Source of the DNA: Stegostoma tigrinum
Taxonomy: Eukaryota
Assembly: GCF_030684315.1 (NCBI RefSeq)
Contig: NC_081391.1
Span: 13,555,342 to 13,619,341, forward strand
Reading direction: 5' to 3'
Length of the DNA stretch: 64,000 nt
The notes beneath the pieces were generated by a model. It worked only from the letters and a program-made list of their open reading frames with translations, ran no database searches and was not told the origin of the DNA. The translations under genes were made by a program, and so were the position numbers. This document shows, piece after piece, positions 49,021 to 62,397 of the stretch (positions are counted from its first letter, which is position 1; each line of letters opens with the position of its first letter).

Positions 49021-52000
49021 ATGGCCTCCCAGATCAGTCAGAACTATCACCAGGATTGTGAAGCTGCTGTCAACAAGCAGATTAATGTGGAGCTCACTGC
49101 CTCCTATCTCTATCAGTCTTTGGTGAGTGCTGTCCCTGTGGGGTTGGAGTTACTTCTGTTATGAAGTGAACTGTTTTTTTTTTAAAACAAACTAGATTAA
49201 TACTCTTGTATAATAAAATGTGAGGCTGGATGAACACAGCAGGCCAAGCAGCATCTCAGGAGCACACGTTTAGCTTTTGTGCTCCTGAGATGCTGCTTGG
49301 CCTGCTGTGTTCATCCAGCCTCACATTTTATTATCTTGGAATTCTCCAGCATCTGCAGTTCCCATTATCTTTAACACTCTTGTAGACTTGTTTGTTTTTT
49401 TTTGTATCTCTCTTAGCTATTTCTTGATTCAGCGTAAATGTGGTGACAATGGGATATGATACTGATATGCAGCAACTGAGGCCCCAGTTGTCTCAATGAT
49501 ATATGGAGGGTGAAGCATCTTGTGATTTATCTTACAATTCCTTTTAGGGCTGTGATTGCCTATAACTGGCTGTGGCTCTCCATAATTTTCTAAACTACTG
49601 TCAAGCTTTGATCCAGATAACCATTGGCTAACTACCTTTTTAAATCTGCCTTGATGTATCTGCTTTAATTTTGTGCATGTAAATAAACAAACATACTGGT
49701 TTTGGTATTTACAATAAGGTGTTGTAGTAATTTGACAAATCAGATTTTTTTAAGCTGAACTGAAGTCCTTGAGGTAAGACAAGCTGCTCCCTGCTTAAGT
49801 AGGTCTCCGATATTATTTTGGCTTTCTGTGCTCTATATCATGAAGTGGGTTTGATCCATCACTTCACAACCTATAGAAAGTTGACTTGTTATAGGTGCCT
49901 GCCCCCCCCGACCCCCCCGCCCCCAAAAGGGGGCTGCTGGAACATGCTGAGGCTATTGACCCAGAGGTGAAGAAATAAATGTTCTTCCTTTACCATTTAA
50001 CCAGATAAAGAAACAAACTGGCTCCTCCCACCATGTGGTGGTGCCCCTGTGCCCTTCCAAGGAGTAGAATGTGTTCAGAAGGTGTTGAGGTCCCCTTGGT
50101 GAGTGCTGCAGGGGACCTGGTAGATAATGGACCCTGAAAGGAGGTGGTGAATGCAGTCCCCACGAAGTGGGCTGCTCTGTCCTGGATGGTGTCTGCTTCT
50201 TGCACGTTGCAGCTCCACTTTTCTCCAGACACATGGAGAATATTCATCACTCTCTGGGCTTGTGCCTATTGGAAGGAAGTCCTATCTAGGGACATGAGGA
50301 TAAAGTCCCTATAACTACCTTTTTGGGAGGTGGGAATAGCTTTAACTAGTGAACCAATTGTTGGGTTTTAGTCACTGACCACTGTCCCAACTCAATAGGG
50401 AATCTTGTGTGCTGATAATAAAATCCCCACTATTCTTCACCTTCTACAACTTAACTACCCAATTAAACCACTTTTTTAACTTTTAGTTTGTATTTGAGGA
50501 TTAAACTAACTTCTCACCAGGATTCTACCAAAGAACAACTTCTTCTTTTGATGTCAATAGACTGTTCCTAATCAGCAGTAACTTGTTGGATTGTGAATCT
50601 CAGTTGAAAAGTGAGTGAAATGAGTGGGGAAAACAATAGTTTAGCCTCTTGGAATAAGCTAAATTGAGCTCTCCAGCTTTGAACAAGTCAACAATCTATA
50701 GGTCACACAGTCCTGCAGATACCATTAGGTCTCCTGAACATTTGATCTTGTTTCAGTTGTGAATTTTAATGCTTTGCTTTGCAAGCTTCTGGCAACCTGA
50801 GTGCATGGCATAAACAAATGTGATAAACTATTGCTGCAACAAGCCAAAGGCTGTCACTGGGCAGGCTCTCCTTTAGCACCAAGATTCTCCTAATCGCCCT
50901 CATTCTCCTGCATACTGCAAACAGCATCTCTTGTAGAGCTGCTTTATGTAAAAAAAAAAAACAGTACATCTGATCCAATTGGTTGCAGAAGACCTGTACC
51001 TACCAGCTATATTAATGTCCAGCATCTGCATGTTACTCGAGCACCAGGGGAGACATGTAATGACTTGAAGTTGCCTGACCCTGTGCACATCCTGCATTCC
51101 AGCTCCTGGCACTTGTTTAAACCCTATTCAGTTACCACTTCCATCCATTTCTGGAGGCTAGATGGTAGAAATGTGCTTTCAGCTTTTCTATCCAGGCTGT
51201 GCCAGACACCCCCCCCCCCCAACCAATTCAGCAGGGTTTACAAACCAAAACACTGAAATTGTATCTTACATGGAAGAAGCTGGGGTTGTTTGGTTTCCTC
51301 CAATTAAAGGAGCTGCTGGCTAACTTTGCAACACCATTAGTGAACATTGTAAGGTGTCAACAATTTTCAGCTGATTGAATCATTAGTTTGCTTTAGACTA
51401 AACCAGTCCTCCAGTTCTGAGCATGAGAAATGGGGTCAATGATGTGTTTAATGGGCTTTAACATGTTATCTCCCTTCTAGATGTCCTACTTTGACCGGGA
51501 TGATGTTGCCCTCACCCATGTCTCCCGGTTCTTCAAAGATCAGTCCCAGGAGAAGCAGGAACATGCAGAGAAGCTGCTGAAATTCCAGAATCGGCGTGGA
51601 GGCAGAGTCCTCCTCCAGGATGTGAAGGTTGGAGTTTGGGAGGGGGGCATGGTGTGGTGTGCAGGAATGGTAGCTCATGGTGTTTTCTGTTAGTAGTGAC
51701 AAGATTTTCATGTGGTAAAGGATGTGAAGGTTGGAGTTGGAGAAGGCAGGCAGTGGGGAGGAGATGTGAGAAATGGCTGCTTATGGTGTGGTTTCATGTC
51801 CTGAAAGAAAGTGAAAACTGTTTTGTTTGGCTCCCCTCCTTTTGATGAAAAGGAAAGAAATCCTAGAAACAAGCCTCTTGGCTCCCCTCCACCTGCTGCT
51901 TTCCCCCACACCCACCCCCCCACCCCCCCACCCCCCCACCCCCCCACCCCCCCACCACCATGCTGACCCGATAAACACCAAACCACATTAATCCCATTTA

Positions 52001-53901
52001 CTGCACTTGGTCTACAGCCCCCATGGCATTGGTAGTTGTCTAGAAGCTGCTTAAATATTGCAGCAGGAGATGCCTCCCCCACTGCCCCACCCCCCCCATA
52101 TTATTTTTCCACTACCCTCTCGGCAAAGGATTCCTCTAACCTGCTTACTCCTCACATCAGTGCCCTCTGGTCTTAATGTCTCTTTCTCCCCACCCCCTCA
52201 TAGCAGACACTCCCCATCTACTATCAAGACTCCACACTAATCAAATGCCATCACATAAACATCTCAACTGACTTCACTCTGAGGATTGGAGTGAGAAATC
52301 TGATCTCTCCTTTTAATGGATTTTTCAGTCTTGGGGCAACATCCTGGTGACCCTTCCAGTGCCATTGTGGCTCTGGTCACCACACAGTATTCCACCTTTG
52401 CATGGCCAATGCTGCAAAGTTTGTGACAAGACTGGAGTCCCTGTACTGCGCCCCAAGAAATGGGGAAGGGCATTGTGGAAGCCAACTTCCCCACCCTGTC
52501 TACACTTATGGATCCTTGAAATATCTCTAGTCTTGTTCTCTTGGTTCCTTTTATTGTCAACATATTGCTGTCCCTTCAATGAATTAAATAGTAGTGATGC
52601 TTTTGATCATTCAGGTCAGTCCTATATGAAGCCATAAGCACAAGTGGGACTTCAACCTGGGCCTATGCTCCAAACCTAGGGACAGTACCACTGCATTACG
52701 AGCCCTGGGATTAAGTTGTGAATATCCTCCTTGGGATGCCATCAGATGGGCACTGACAATTCTGTGCAAACATAACTCTTATCCCCACTATGACCTGGTT
52801 GTGAATTGACTTTCCTTTCGGAAGAAGCAAATAGGGCTAGGTGAAAGCAATTCCTTAAATAACTGATCTGTTCTTCCTAAGGACTTCAGGGATGGCGGTG
52901 GTTAGCACAACTGCATCAGTGCTTGGGGCACAAGCTTAATTCTGGAGTTGACATGTTCACCGCATCTCTACATAGGCTTCCTCCCACAGTCCAAAGATGT
53001 GCAGGGTAGGATAGGCCATGAAAAATGCAGGATTACATGGCTGGGGCTAGGACCAGGTTGGATGCTCTTCAGATGGTCATGAGTGGGCAGAATGGCCTGA
53101 TGCATGCTGCAGGGATGTTGTTTCTGAGGCTTACCTGTCCTTCTTTCCATCCTCAGAAGCCAGAGAGGGATGAGTGGGGTAACAGTCTGCAGGCGCTGCA
53201 GGTTGCCCTGGATCTGGAGAAGAATGTGAACCAGAGTTTGCTGGATCTACACCAACTCTCCACAGCCCAGACTGACCCTCATGTAAGCTTCACCACCTCC
53301 TCATTCTCATCACTGCTAGACCCTCAGGGCAACACTTCATTGGTTGGTCTGTGTGGATTGGAAATTCACAGGTGTGCACTGATCACTTTGGGTCCATGCT
53401 GCTGAGCAGTTGTTACATGGTGATCAGTAATGAAGTGAAATGGGAGTTTGGAAGGCAATCCATTGGGAGTGATGAAGTGATATTGGCCATTGAATTCCCA
53501 TTCTCACTTGGGAGCATTACAGTGGAATGATCATTGTCCATCACCATCCAACTCAGCTACACTTCACAAACAGCAAGATGGAGCAGCTGACATCCTATTG
53601 TCTTCACTGGCACAGATTTTCCAGGTGTTAGCTAAATTTTCAGGGCTGTCTGGAACTAGTATGGTAAAGCCTGTTTTTCAGTGGGAATTCTGAAATTGTC
53701 TTGGATAGTGTTAATGCACCCAGTTGTCATATTCCTCTGTTGCAGCTGTGTGACTTCCTGGAGACTCACTATTTGGATGAGGAGGTGGAGATCATCAAGC
53801 AACTTGGGGACAACATCACCAACCTGAAGCGCCTGGGAGCCCCTGAGAATGGGATGGGAGAGTACCTGTTTGACAGGCTCTCCCTGGAGGACAGCAGTTA
53901 G
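49021..53901 (+). CDS. Ferritin subunit, L/M-chain-like, copy D' (176 aa)
   Basis: Exons 49021-49122, 51481-51627, 53157-53282, 53746-53901, GT-AG introns, intact ORF (Y to N change in GDNITN). Confidence 0.9.
49211..49370. mobile_element. Palindromic Penelope-derived mini-element in intron 1 of D' (paralog of 24846-25005)
   Basis: Same sequence and same 14-bp flanking duplication. Confidence 0.85.
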
Positions 53902-56900
53902 TGTGGCCTGGAGTACTGTCTGCTTGGTCTGAATGCATTCCCCACTTCACCCTGGACAACCTGTCTCCTTCCAAGGAGAAGGGACTTGGAGCAAAGAATG
54001 TAATGGCTGTACCAGCTAAATGGAAATGAATAAAATCATGTATTGATCTTGCTTATTGTCCATCATTCAGAGCTCTGAATACTTTGGGTGATAGCTCTTG
54101 CTTGAAGCCAATTCGTTTTCTGTCATTTGATTGGTCCAATTTCTAATTGGATTAGGCAACCCTTCACAGAATAGCTCACTATCCCCACATTAGAATGTAA
54201 CTCGATGGAGTGTTTTTTTTTGGTTAGTCCTGTGGAAATTGAAGGTGTTTCTCCTCCAAATAGGATAAGGTTGGGATTTGTCAATTGTGGCATTCTCCCT
54301 CTTCTAGAGGACAATTAGTGCGCTTCTGGATATGGTGGGTTCAACTGTAGCTCAAAGAAATTGTCTTCCTCTGGTGACAGGAAGTTCCCACACCTTCTAA
54401 ATAGACTTCTCTACCCAGCCTGATAGAATTTGGGATAGTGGTGTTCAATTGCACATTTCCCTTAATCTCTTCCCCGCCTCAGCCATCCTGCGTACTCAAT
54501 TATTGCCTGAATGATGACAGCAACACAAAGTGAAGACAGCCCTTTATCTACTGACCCAGCTGCCTGATCACAAAGGTCTAAAGGAAGAGGCCCAGCAGGC
54601 TCTGATTTCAATCCAGCTGGCGGAAGCAGCAGAGGTGTGAAACAATCTCGACTGCCTGGTATATCTCTTTTTTTTTTTTTTCCCCCATTGGGCCCTACCC
54701 TGACCAATAAACACTATATTCTCAGTATTGTTACTTTTGGTTTCACCATCCCAAACTGTGGCTGGCGCTCTTTCTCTTCCGCTTCTCCTCACTTCTCTCA
54801 CCCCGCCCTCCCCCCACCCAACCTTTTCTATCCACGTGCCCCCACCAGCCTAAACATTCACCACAGCCCCTTTCCCTGGGAGTCAGCTCCAGACGTTCAC
54901 CTGAACTGTACTGGATTATAATGCAGGGCCTCATTGCTGCTTACAGCAGGATAACAGGGACCTGGGAAGAACACAGCAATGCACCTGGTTAAATGCTGCT
55001 GTTTGATTGGCTCTTGTTGCTAATGCCAGCATTGAGCACACTAAGCTGCTCCTTTGGTTCCTCTGAGCTTTCCCCCATGGTGAACATTACTCCTGATGCA
55101 GGTTGATTGGGTGAAATCACATTGAAGGAGCAAAGTGGCTCGGAGGAGACATGGAGATGCTGACTTTCCTTTACGGCTGCTTCTTTTATCTTTCAAGGTG
55201 TCAGAGATCATGGGTTCGTGAGGGGGCTATCAGAGACATCCTGAGGATTGTTCCAGGGAGTTTTGTAGCGAGTGCACACTGCAGCCTTCATCGAGGTTGG
55301 CTGGGGTGGGGGGGGGTGCTGCAGAGTCAAAAGGCACTCAACATATTTGTTCCACCACATAAAGCAATTTATTTTTGGTGACAATAAGTCTTGGCTACAG
55401 TAACCCTCAAGTGCAGGAAGGGACCATTAGGCCCATTAAATCTGCATCGACCTTCTGAACAGCATCCTCCTTAGACCCAACCCCTTTGCCTTAACTCCAC
55501 ATTTCCCACGGCTAATCGACCTAGCCTGCAGGCCCCTGCTCACGATCGACAATCTGCAAATCGTTGGGCTGTGTGAGGAAACTCAAGCACCTGGAAGAAA
55601 TCCACGCAGTCCATCACCCAGGGGGAGAATCGAACCTGGGTCCCTGGCACTGAGGCGCCAAAACATTCTAAAGTACCAAAGGAAAGGAATACACTGCGGC
55701 AAACTACGCCATGGGAATAGACTCTGCAGCGCAGCCCGAACTTGCAGACCAGGTTTTCATAAACTGTGTAGTGCCATTTGCCTACGTTTGGCCCATCTTT
55801 CTCTAAACCGTTCCTTTCCATGTAAATCTCCAAATGTCACTTAAATGTTGTAATTCTATCCACCTCGACCACTTCCTCTGGCAGCTCGTTCCATACACGC
55901 ACCACCCTCTGTGTGACAATGTTGTCACTCACGCCCCTTTTAAATCTTGCCGCTCTCCCCTCAAACCGGTGCCCTCTAGTTTTGGACTCCCCTACCCTGT
56001 CCCAGCATGCTTTTTATATACAGTCAATCTTGAGTGTGCCAATGGCAAGGCTACATTTAGTGCTCAGCAACTGTTACACTTCAGGAGGTGGTGATGAGCT
56101 GCTTATTACAGTCCACCTGGTGTCGGAGAGACCGGAATGATGCTGCTGCTGCTGCTGTTGCTGAGGAGGGGCTCCTGGGATTTTCATTCACAAACAGGGA
56201 TATTGTTCCAAGTCAGGATGGTGACAGAGTTACATGGAGCTGCTTGAGTGTCGTTGGTGCTGCCTCCAGCAAGAACATTGTAAACTATTCCAGCACTACT
56301 CCCAATTTCAGCCTTATTGAGGGTGGGCAGGTTTTGGAAACTCAGGAGTTGAGTACTTCCTGACAGAATTCCCAGCATCTGAATTCCCAGTTTCTGAGCT
56401 GTACCATCTAGAGAACGCAATGTAAACAGAACCAGAAATTCTTCACTTGGAAACATGCTGGGGTGAATCACTAGTTCTACTTCAAACAACGAAAAACGAA
56501 ACTGGGAGACAGAAATGTTCAACGTGCAATACATTTCTAGCAGCAACTGAAACATAGAGGCCTGAGGCCTACTGTGTAGAAGAGGCACTCAGCACATTTA
56601 GCGTTTTGCTTTTCAAACTGGGCTTCAAGGTCAAGGTCAGGGAGATCACATCAGATGCAGATTGGACCCACAAAGTACATCAGTTGCCTGTTTTAGATGA
56701 TCCAAAAGCACATTATTTGTGTTGCTGCACAGAAATAGGAAAATGTTCTGATCAACCAAATCGAGCCATTTTTCAAAGAGCTCCAACACCAACGTTCAAA
56801 AATTATGACGACTAATCCCTCAGAATAGCAATCCGACAGAATTCTGCAAATCTGTGATGAATGTGTCTTAACGCACAACCTCAGATACAGACGTGAAGTT

Positions 56901-56962
56901 TTAGAGTATATTTTATTCTCATTTTCAGGGAGATGTCCTTCCAGAATTTGCACTTGTGCGGG

Positions 56963-57149
56963 AGGTCAAAGGTCATTTCAGCAATTTCATCATCAACCAG
57001 TTGTCAATTCTGATTGGTTTTTTGACCCGATTCCCATCCTGCACTGATTGGATGTGGCAGCTGATCAATTGATTAACAAGAGTGTTTGGCCATCACTGAT
57101 GATCTCATTTCCTGCTTCATAAAATGAGTGTTGGCTCCTGGAGTATAAA
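56963..57149 (+). promoter_or_regulatory. Proximal promoter of ferritin copy E' (variant)
   Basis: Perfect DR1 56963-56975, ATTGG, ATCAATTGAT, TATAAA 57144-57149. Confidence 0.7.
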
Positions 57150-57237
57150 TAGAGTCCCAGGGCAGGGATGTTTACTGTTGCTTTTAGCTGTGTCATTTTT
57201 CTGGGGAGGAAAATAAAGCAAGTGTTTCCTTTATAAG

Positions 57238-60200
57238 ATGGCCTCCCAGATCAGTCAGAACTATCACCAGGATTGTGAAGCTGCTGTCAACAAGCAGATT
57301 AATGTGGAGCTCACTGCCTCCTATCTCTATCAGTCTTTGGTGAGTGGTGTCTCTGTTGGGTGAAACATACTTCTGTTCTGTTGAAGTGAACTCTTCCCCT
57401 TGGATGTAATTAAGTTGTCTATCTTATAGACTGAGTTTTGTGGCTCCTCCCTCTTTCTCAATGCAGGATGAGTGTGATGTTACTGTAACAATAGTTTGGT
57501 GTCTAATGTTACTCTAACTTGGGTCCCAGTTGGTTGTCAGTGAGATGTGGAGGGTGGAGTGTTCTTGTAGTTACTTGCCTGTCCCATGATGGTGCTGTGA
57601 CTGGTGGTAATTATAGCTTCCTGTGGCTGTTTGAAACTTGAGGGAACAAAATTAAAAATGAATTGGGACTCACCATTGTGGGAATGGAAGCACCATCAGC
57701 TAGTCACTGCTTTTCTTGTATCCTTGTTTCTATTTGAATCTTGTGGGGATCTGAAGTAAACCTGCCAATTGTGACTGAGAATCTTGGTTTCCTATTGCAA
57801 TCAGCTTAGAATAGGCTTGTTCTAGCCCTACAGTGATGGGCCGAGAGGTGGCAAATGGAGTTTAATGCAGACAAGTGTGAGCTGATGCACTTTGGTAGGA
57901 GTAACCGGAAGGCAAAGTACAGGGCTAATGGTAAGATTCTTGGTAGTGTAGATGAGCAGAGAGATCTGTGTCGATAGGTAGACACGGATTGTTCAAAGTT
58001 GCCACCCAGGTTGACAGGGCAATTAAGGCAGTGTTTTGTCTTTTATTAAGAGGATTGAGTTCTGGAACCAAGAGGTTATGGTGAAGCTATCCAAAAACTC
58101 TGGTGCATACAGTTCTGGTCACTGCATTATAAGGATGTGAAGCTTTGGAAAGGGTGTAGAGGAGATCTGCTAGGATGTTTCCTGGTATGGAAGGAACATC
58201 TTATGAGGAAAGGCTGAGGGACTTGAGGCTCTCTTCATTAGAGAGAAGAAGGTTGAGAGGTGACTTAATTGAAACATATAAAATAATCAGAGGGCTAGTT
58301 CGGGTGGATAGGGAGAGCCTTTTACCTAGATGGTGATGGTGAGCATGAGGTGGGGTAGCTTTAAATTGAGGGCTGATAAATATAGGACAGATGTCAGAGG
58401 TAGTTTCTTTACTCAGTAAGGGAATGCAATGCTTTGCCTGTGACAGTAGTAGATTTGCCCACTTTAGGTACACTTACGTCATCATTGGATAAGCAAATGG
58501 GCGTACATGGAATAGTGTAGGTTAGATGGGCTTGAGATCAGTATGACAAGTCGGCACAACATCAAGGGCTGAAGGGCCTGCACTTGGCTGTTATGTTCTA
58601 TGCTCAGATTAAACTGGGTGAGGTTGTGACTCTTATCTGATTAAGCAGATCTCCATTTGAAATCTACCTTGCTTTTCTTCATACTCATGAGGTGGGTGTG
58701 GGCTGTCTGTATGTCAAGTGTTGGAGCTTTTCAAAGGCACAGCACTGCCATGGGGCTGAGAATGTACTGACCCAGTGACTCTGGTTAAAAAGTTTATGCC
58801 CATTGTATTTGGCCTGATTGTAAACTAACTGGACCCTCTTTCCCCAGGTGGGGTGCTTGTGCCCTTCCAAGGGGTAGAAGGTGTTTACGTAACCTTGGTG
58901 TTTGTTGCAGGGTGCTCTCTGGGCTTGTCCCTGTCACCAGGAAGTCCCCCTCCTGATGAGGATCAAGCCCCTGTCAGCCCCAGTTTGGGAGGGGGAACAG
59001 CTTTCATTGAGCCAGCAGTTGGGTTTTAATCACTGACCCATTGTCCCAACACACCTTGTAAGCATGTGCCAGGAATGAAATCCTTACTATTCTACATCTT
59101 CTAACTGCACATTTAAATCGCAAAGATAAATTGTGCTTGTGTTTGCATTTGAGAATTGAAGCAACTTTTTTCAGCAGGATTTGTAAGAATGTGCTTGTTA
59201 CTGGCTGCTTCCAATAGCAGACCTGCTAAACCTCAATACATTGAATTGTGAACATCCTGGTTTAGAAATCTACAGGACTTTGCCTGTTGGATTAAGTCAA
59301 CAGTGGTTTTTCCAGGTTAATGAGGGATCTTGTCTGGAGAGTAGTTGATCTGCAGATCACTGTCATATTTGTCATGTGATCAGTTTGTTTTGTCAGTCTT
59401 TGTTTCATGTGTAATGGTACAAGTTGCTAGCAGTCTGAGTCAGTGCAGCTGTTTCAGATGCAACAATAAACTGTTGCAGTAACAACCCAAAGGCTGTCCT
59501 TAGGCAGGCTTTCCTTGGCAGATTCTTGGAGCTAACATCCTTCATTCATCTCCTCATGCCCCCCCCAGCCACCCCAATACTGCAGTTCTTGTCAAACTAA
59601 TAGATACAGTGCATCCAATTGCATTGATCCTGACTCAGCAGAAAATGTGCTTCTTCCAAGCTGTTAATTGCAGTGTCTAGGATCTGTTTTCTGGTCTTTG
59701 CCAAAGCAGCAATACAGTGCCCTGCAGCTGTTCTATTGGTGTACATCCTGCACTCCAGCCCCTGGCATTTCTTGAAACCCGATTCAATCAAAGATTTATC
59801 CCATTTCTGGTGGAGGTTAATCAGTAAAAACATCAATTCACACTTGTTCTCACCAAATGCTGTGCCAGACCCTCCTGGGCAATTTGCCTGGAGTTTCAAA
59901 CCAAAATAAAACACATGGTATTTACAGCTTACTGGAGGAAGCTGGGATTGTTTTGATTTTTCCAATTCAACAGCAACTGCTCAAAACTGGGTTCTGAATT
60001 GTTAATGCATCAGGTACTTAACAGCTTATTGTCAGTTTGATTTTGAGAATGCTCAAGTAGCCCTGTAGTTCTGAACTGAAATTGGCCCATGACTTGTTAA
60101 TGGACTTTACCTTGTTCTCCCTTCCAGATGTCCTACTTTGACCGGGACGATGTTGCCCTTCCCCATTTTTCCCAGTTCTTCAAACATCAGTCTCAGGAGA

Positions 60201-62397
60201 AGTGGGAACATGCAGAGAAGCTGCTGAAATTCCAGAATCAGCGTGGAGGCGGAGTCTTCCTCCAGGATGTGAAGGTTGGAGTTGGGTGGGGTGGGGAATG
60301 GGATGGTAATGGCTGCTCTTGTGGTGTGGTTTCAAGTCAGTGACAAGGTTTTCATTTGAGTCAAAACTTTGTTCAGCCTGTTTGATCTCCTTTTTGAAGC
60401 CAGTGTGGAAAGAAGCCCTTTGGCCCACCATGTCTATGCTGACCCCACAAACACGAACAACATTAATCCCACTTACCTGCCCTTGGTCCACAGGCCACTG
60501 TCCTGGCACTAAGTATTTGTCCAGCTGGACCCTAAACTGATCTGGAGTAGCTGTCTCCACCACCATCCAACCCTTTATGTGGTTCATCTCATATTTCAAA
60601 CAGCCCCTCAGAGGGGTGGGGGTGGGGTGAAGTTTCCTCCAATCCCCTCTAACCTGCTTACTCCTCAAACCTGGTTTCTCTCCTGTCTTGGTGTCTGCCA
60701 TGGGAAGACATTCCATCAACTGGCCACTCTCTATTCTTCAATTACATCAGGTCACTCCCTCAGCTGTTCCTGCTCCACAGAAAATCCCAGCCTATCTAAC
60801 CTCCAATCAATGGATCTTGGGCAACAGCCTGGGGAACCTCACCAGCTTCCCCCTGCAGTGCCATCCTGTCCAGGTGACTGGTGAGGCCAAAGAGGAATAA
60901 TGTGGTGACCAGAAAAACAAACTGAGGAGACTGGTCCCCTTCCTGTTCCACCACACCCAACTAATAGAGGTTGCTTGCCCTCTGTCACTGTTACACCCTG
61001 TTGACCTTGTCTGAACTTTGAGGGATCTATGGTTGTGGGCCTTTCTTAACTGTTAGCAGCACAACACACTTTGCAAACACCTCGCTGTCCCTTGGATGAA
61101 TTAAATAGCCGTGATGTTTCTGATCATCCTGCTCAGGCATGTATGAAGCCACCAGCACAAGTGGTACTTGAACCTTGGCCTTGTCAGCCAGAGACAGGGG
61201 CACTACCACTGTACCATGACAGCATTTAGGATTCACTTGTGAATATCCTCGCAATTCCATCAGATGGACCCTGATGCAAATCTTGTCATTAACCCCCACA
61301 ATGACCTGTTATTCACCTTCCTCCTTCAGATCAAGGACCGACAGGCAAGGTGAAAGCAATTCTGAAGGAACTGTTCTTCAGCTGTGCTCCAGGGCTCCCT
61401 CAGGGGCTAGCAGTGTTCTCAGTGCCAGGGACACAGGTTTTGATCTGGCCTCTGGTGAGGGACTGGTGTTTACATGTCCTCCCCTTGTCTGCGTTGGTGT
61501 CCTCATAGTAAAAGAGGATTGGCCATCTGAAATGCAGGGTTACAGGAATAGGGTGGGAGAAGGACGAGTTGGGATCCTCTTCAGAGCAGTTACAGACTGA
61601 TCCACGTTGTAGAGATTCTGAAGCTTAACAGTCCTTCTTTCCCTCCTCCAGAAGCCAGAGAGGGATGAGTGGGGTAACAGCCTGCAGGCAATGCAGGTTG
61701 CCCTGGATCTGGAGAAGAATGTGAACCAGAGTTTGCTGGATCTACACCAAGTTGCCACTGCCCAGGCTGACCCTCATGTAAGCTTCACCTCCTCATTGAC
61801 TTCACTGCTAGGCCCTCAGGGCAACACCTTCATTGGTTGGTCTTTTGTGGATTAGAAATTCAGTTAGACTTTGTTTTTGTGCAGATGACATGGATCACTT
61901 CAGATCCATAGTGATTACAAAATCATTGCTGAGCAGTTGACTCCAAGTATGTATTTTAACTTGTAAACCTGTGGGGAGGACTGAGGGGATATTGGCGACT
62001 GAATTCTCATTCAGGGCCACTGCAGTGGAATGACTTTTATCCATCACAAGTCAACTCTGCTCCAGTAAATAAACAGCAAGATGAAGCAGCTAAAAAGCAG
62101 TTGTCCTCTTTGCACAATTTCTCCAGGCGTTGGCTCTAGTCATCCCTGACAATCTCCCTCCATATGCATGTTTTTCAGTGGGGATTCTGAAGTTGTCTTG
62201 GATAGTGTTGATGTACCAAGTGTCATATTCCTCTGTTGCAGCTGTGTGACTTCCTGGAGACCCACTATTTGGATGAGGAGGTGGAGATCATCAAGCAACT
62301 TGGGGACTACATCACCAACCTGAAGCGCCTGGGAGCCCCTGAGAATGGGATGGGAGAGTACCTGTTTGACAGGCTCTCCCTGGAGGACAGCAGTTAG
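57238..62397 (+). CDS. Ferritin subunit, L/M-chain-like, copy E' (176 aa)
   Basis: Exons 57238-57339, 60128-60274, 61652-61777, 62242-62397, GT-AG introns, intact ORF (EKWEH variant), AATAAA at 62524. Confidence 0.9.
57828..58601 (+). mobile_element. CR1 LINE 3' fragment in intron 1 of copy E'
   Basis: Paralog of 33646-34420. Confidence 0.9.
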
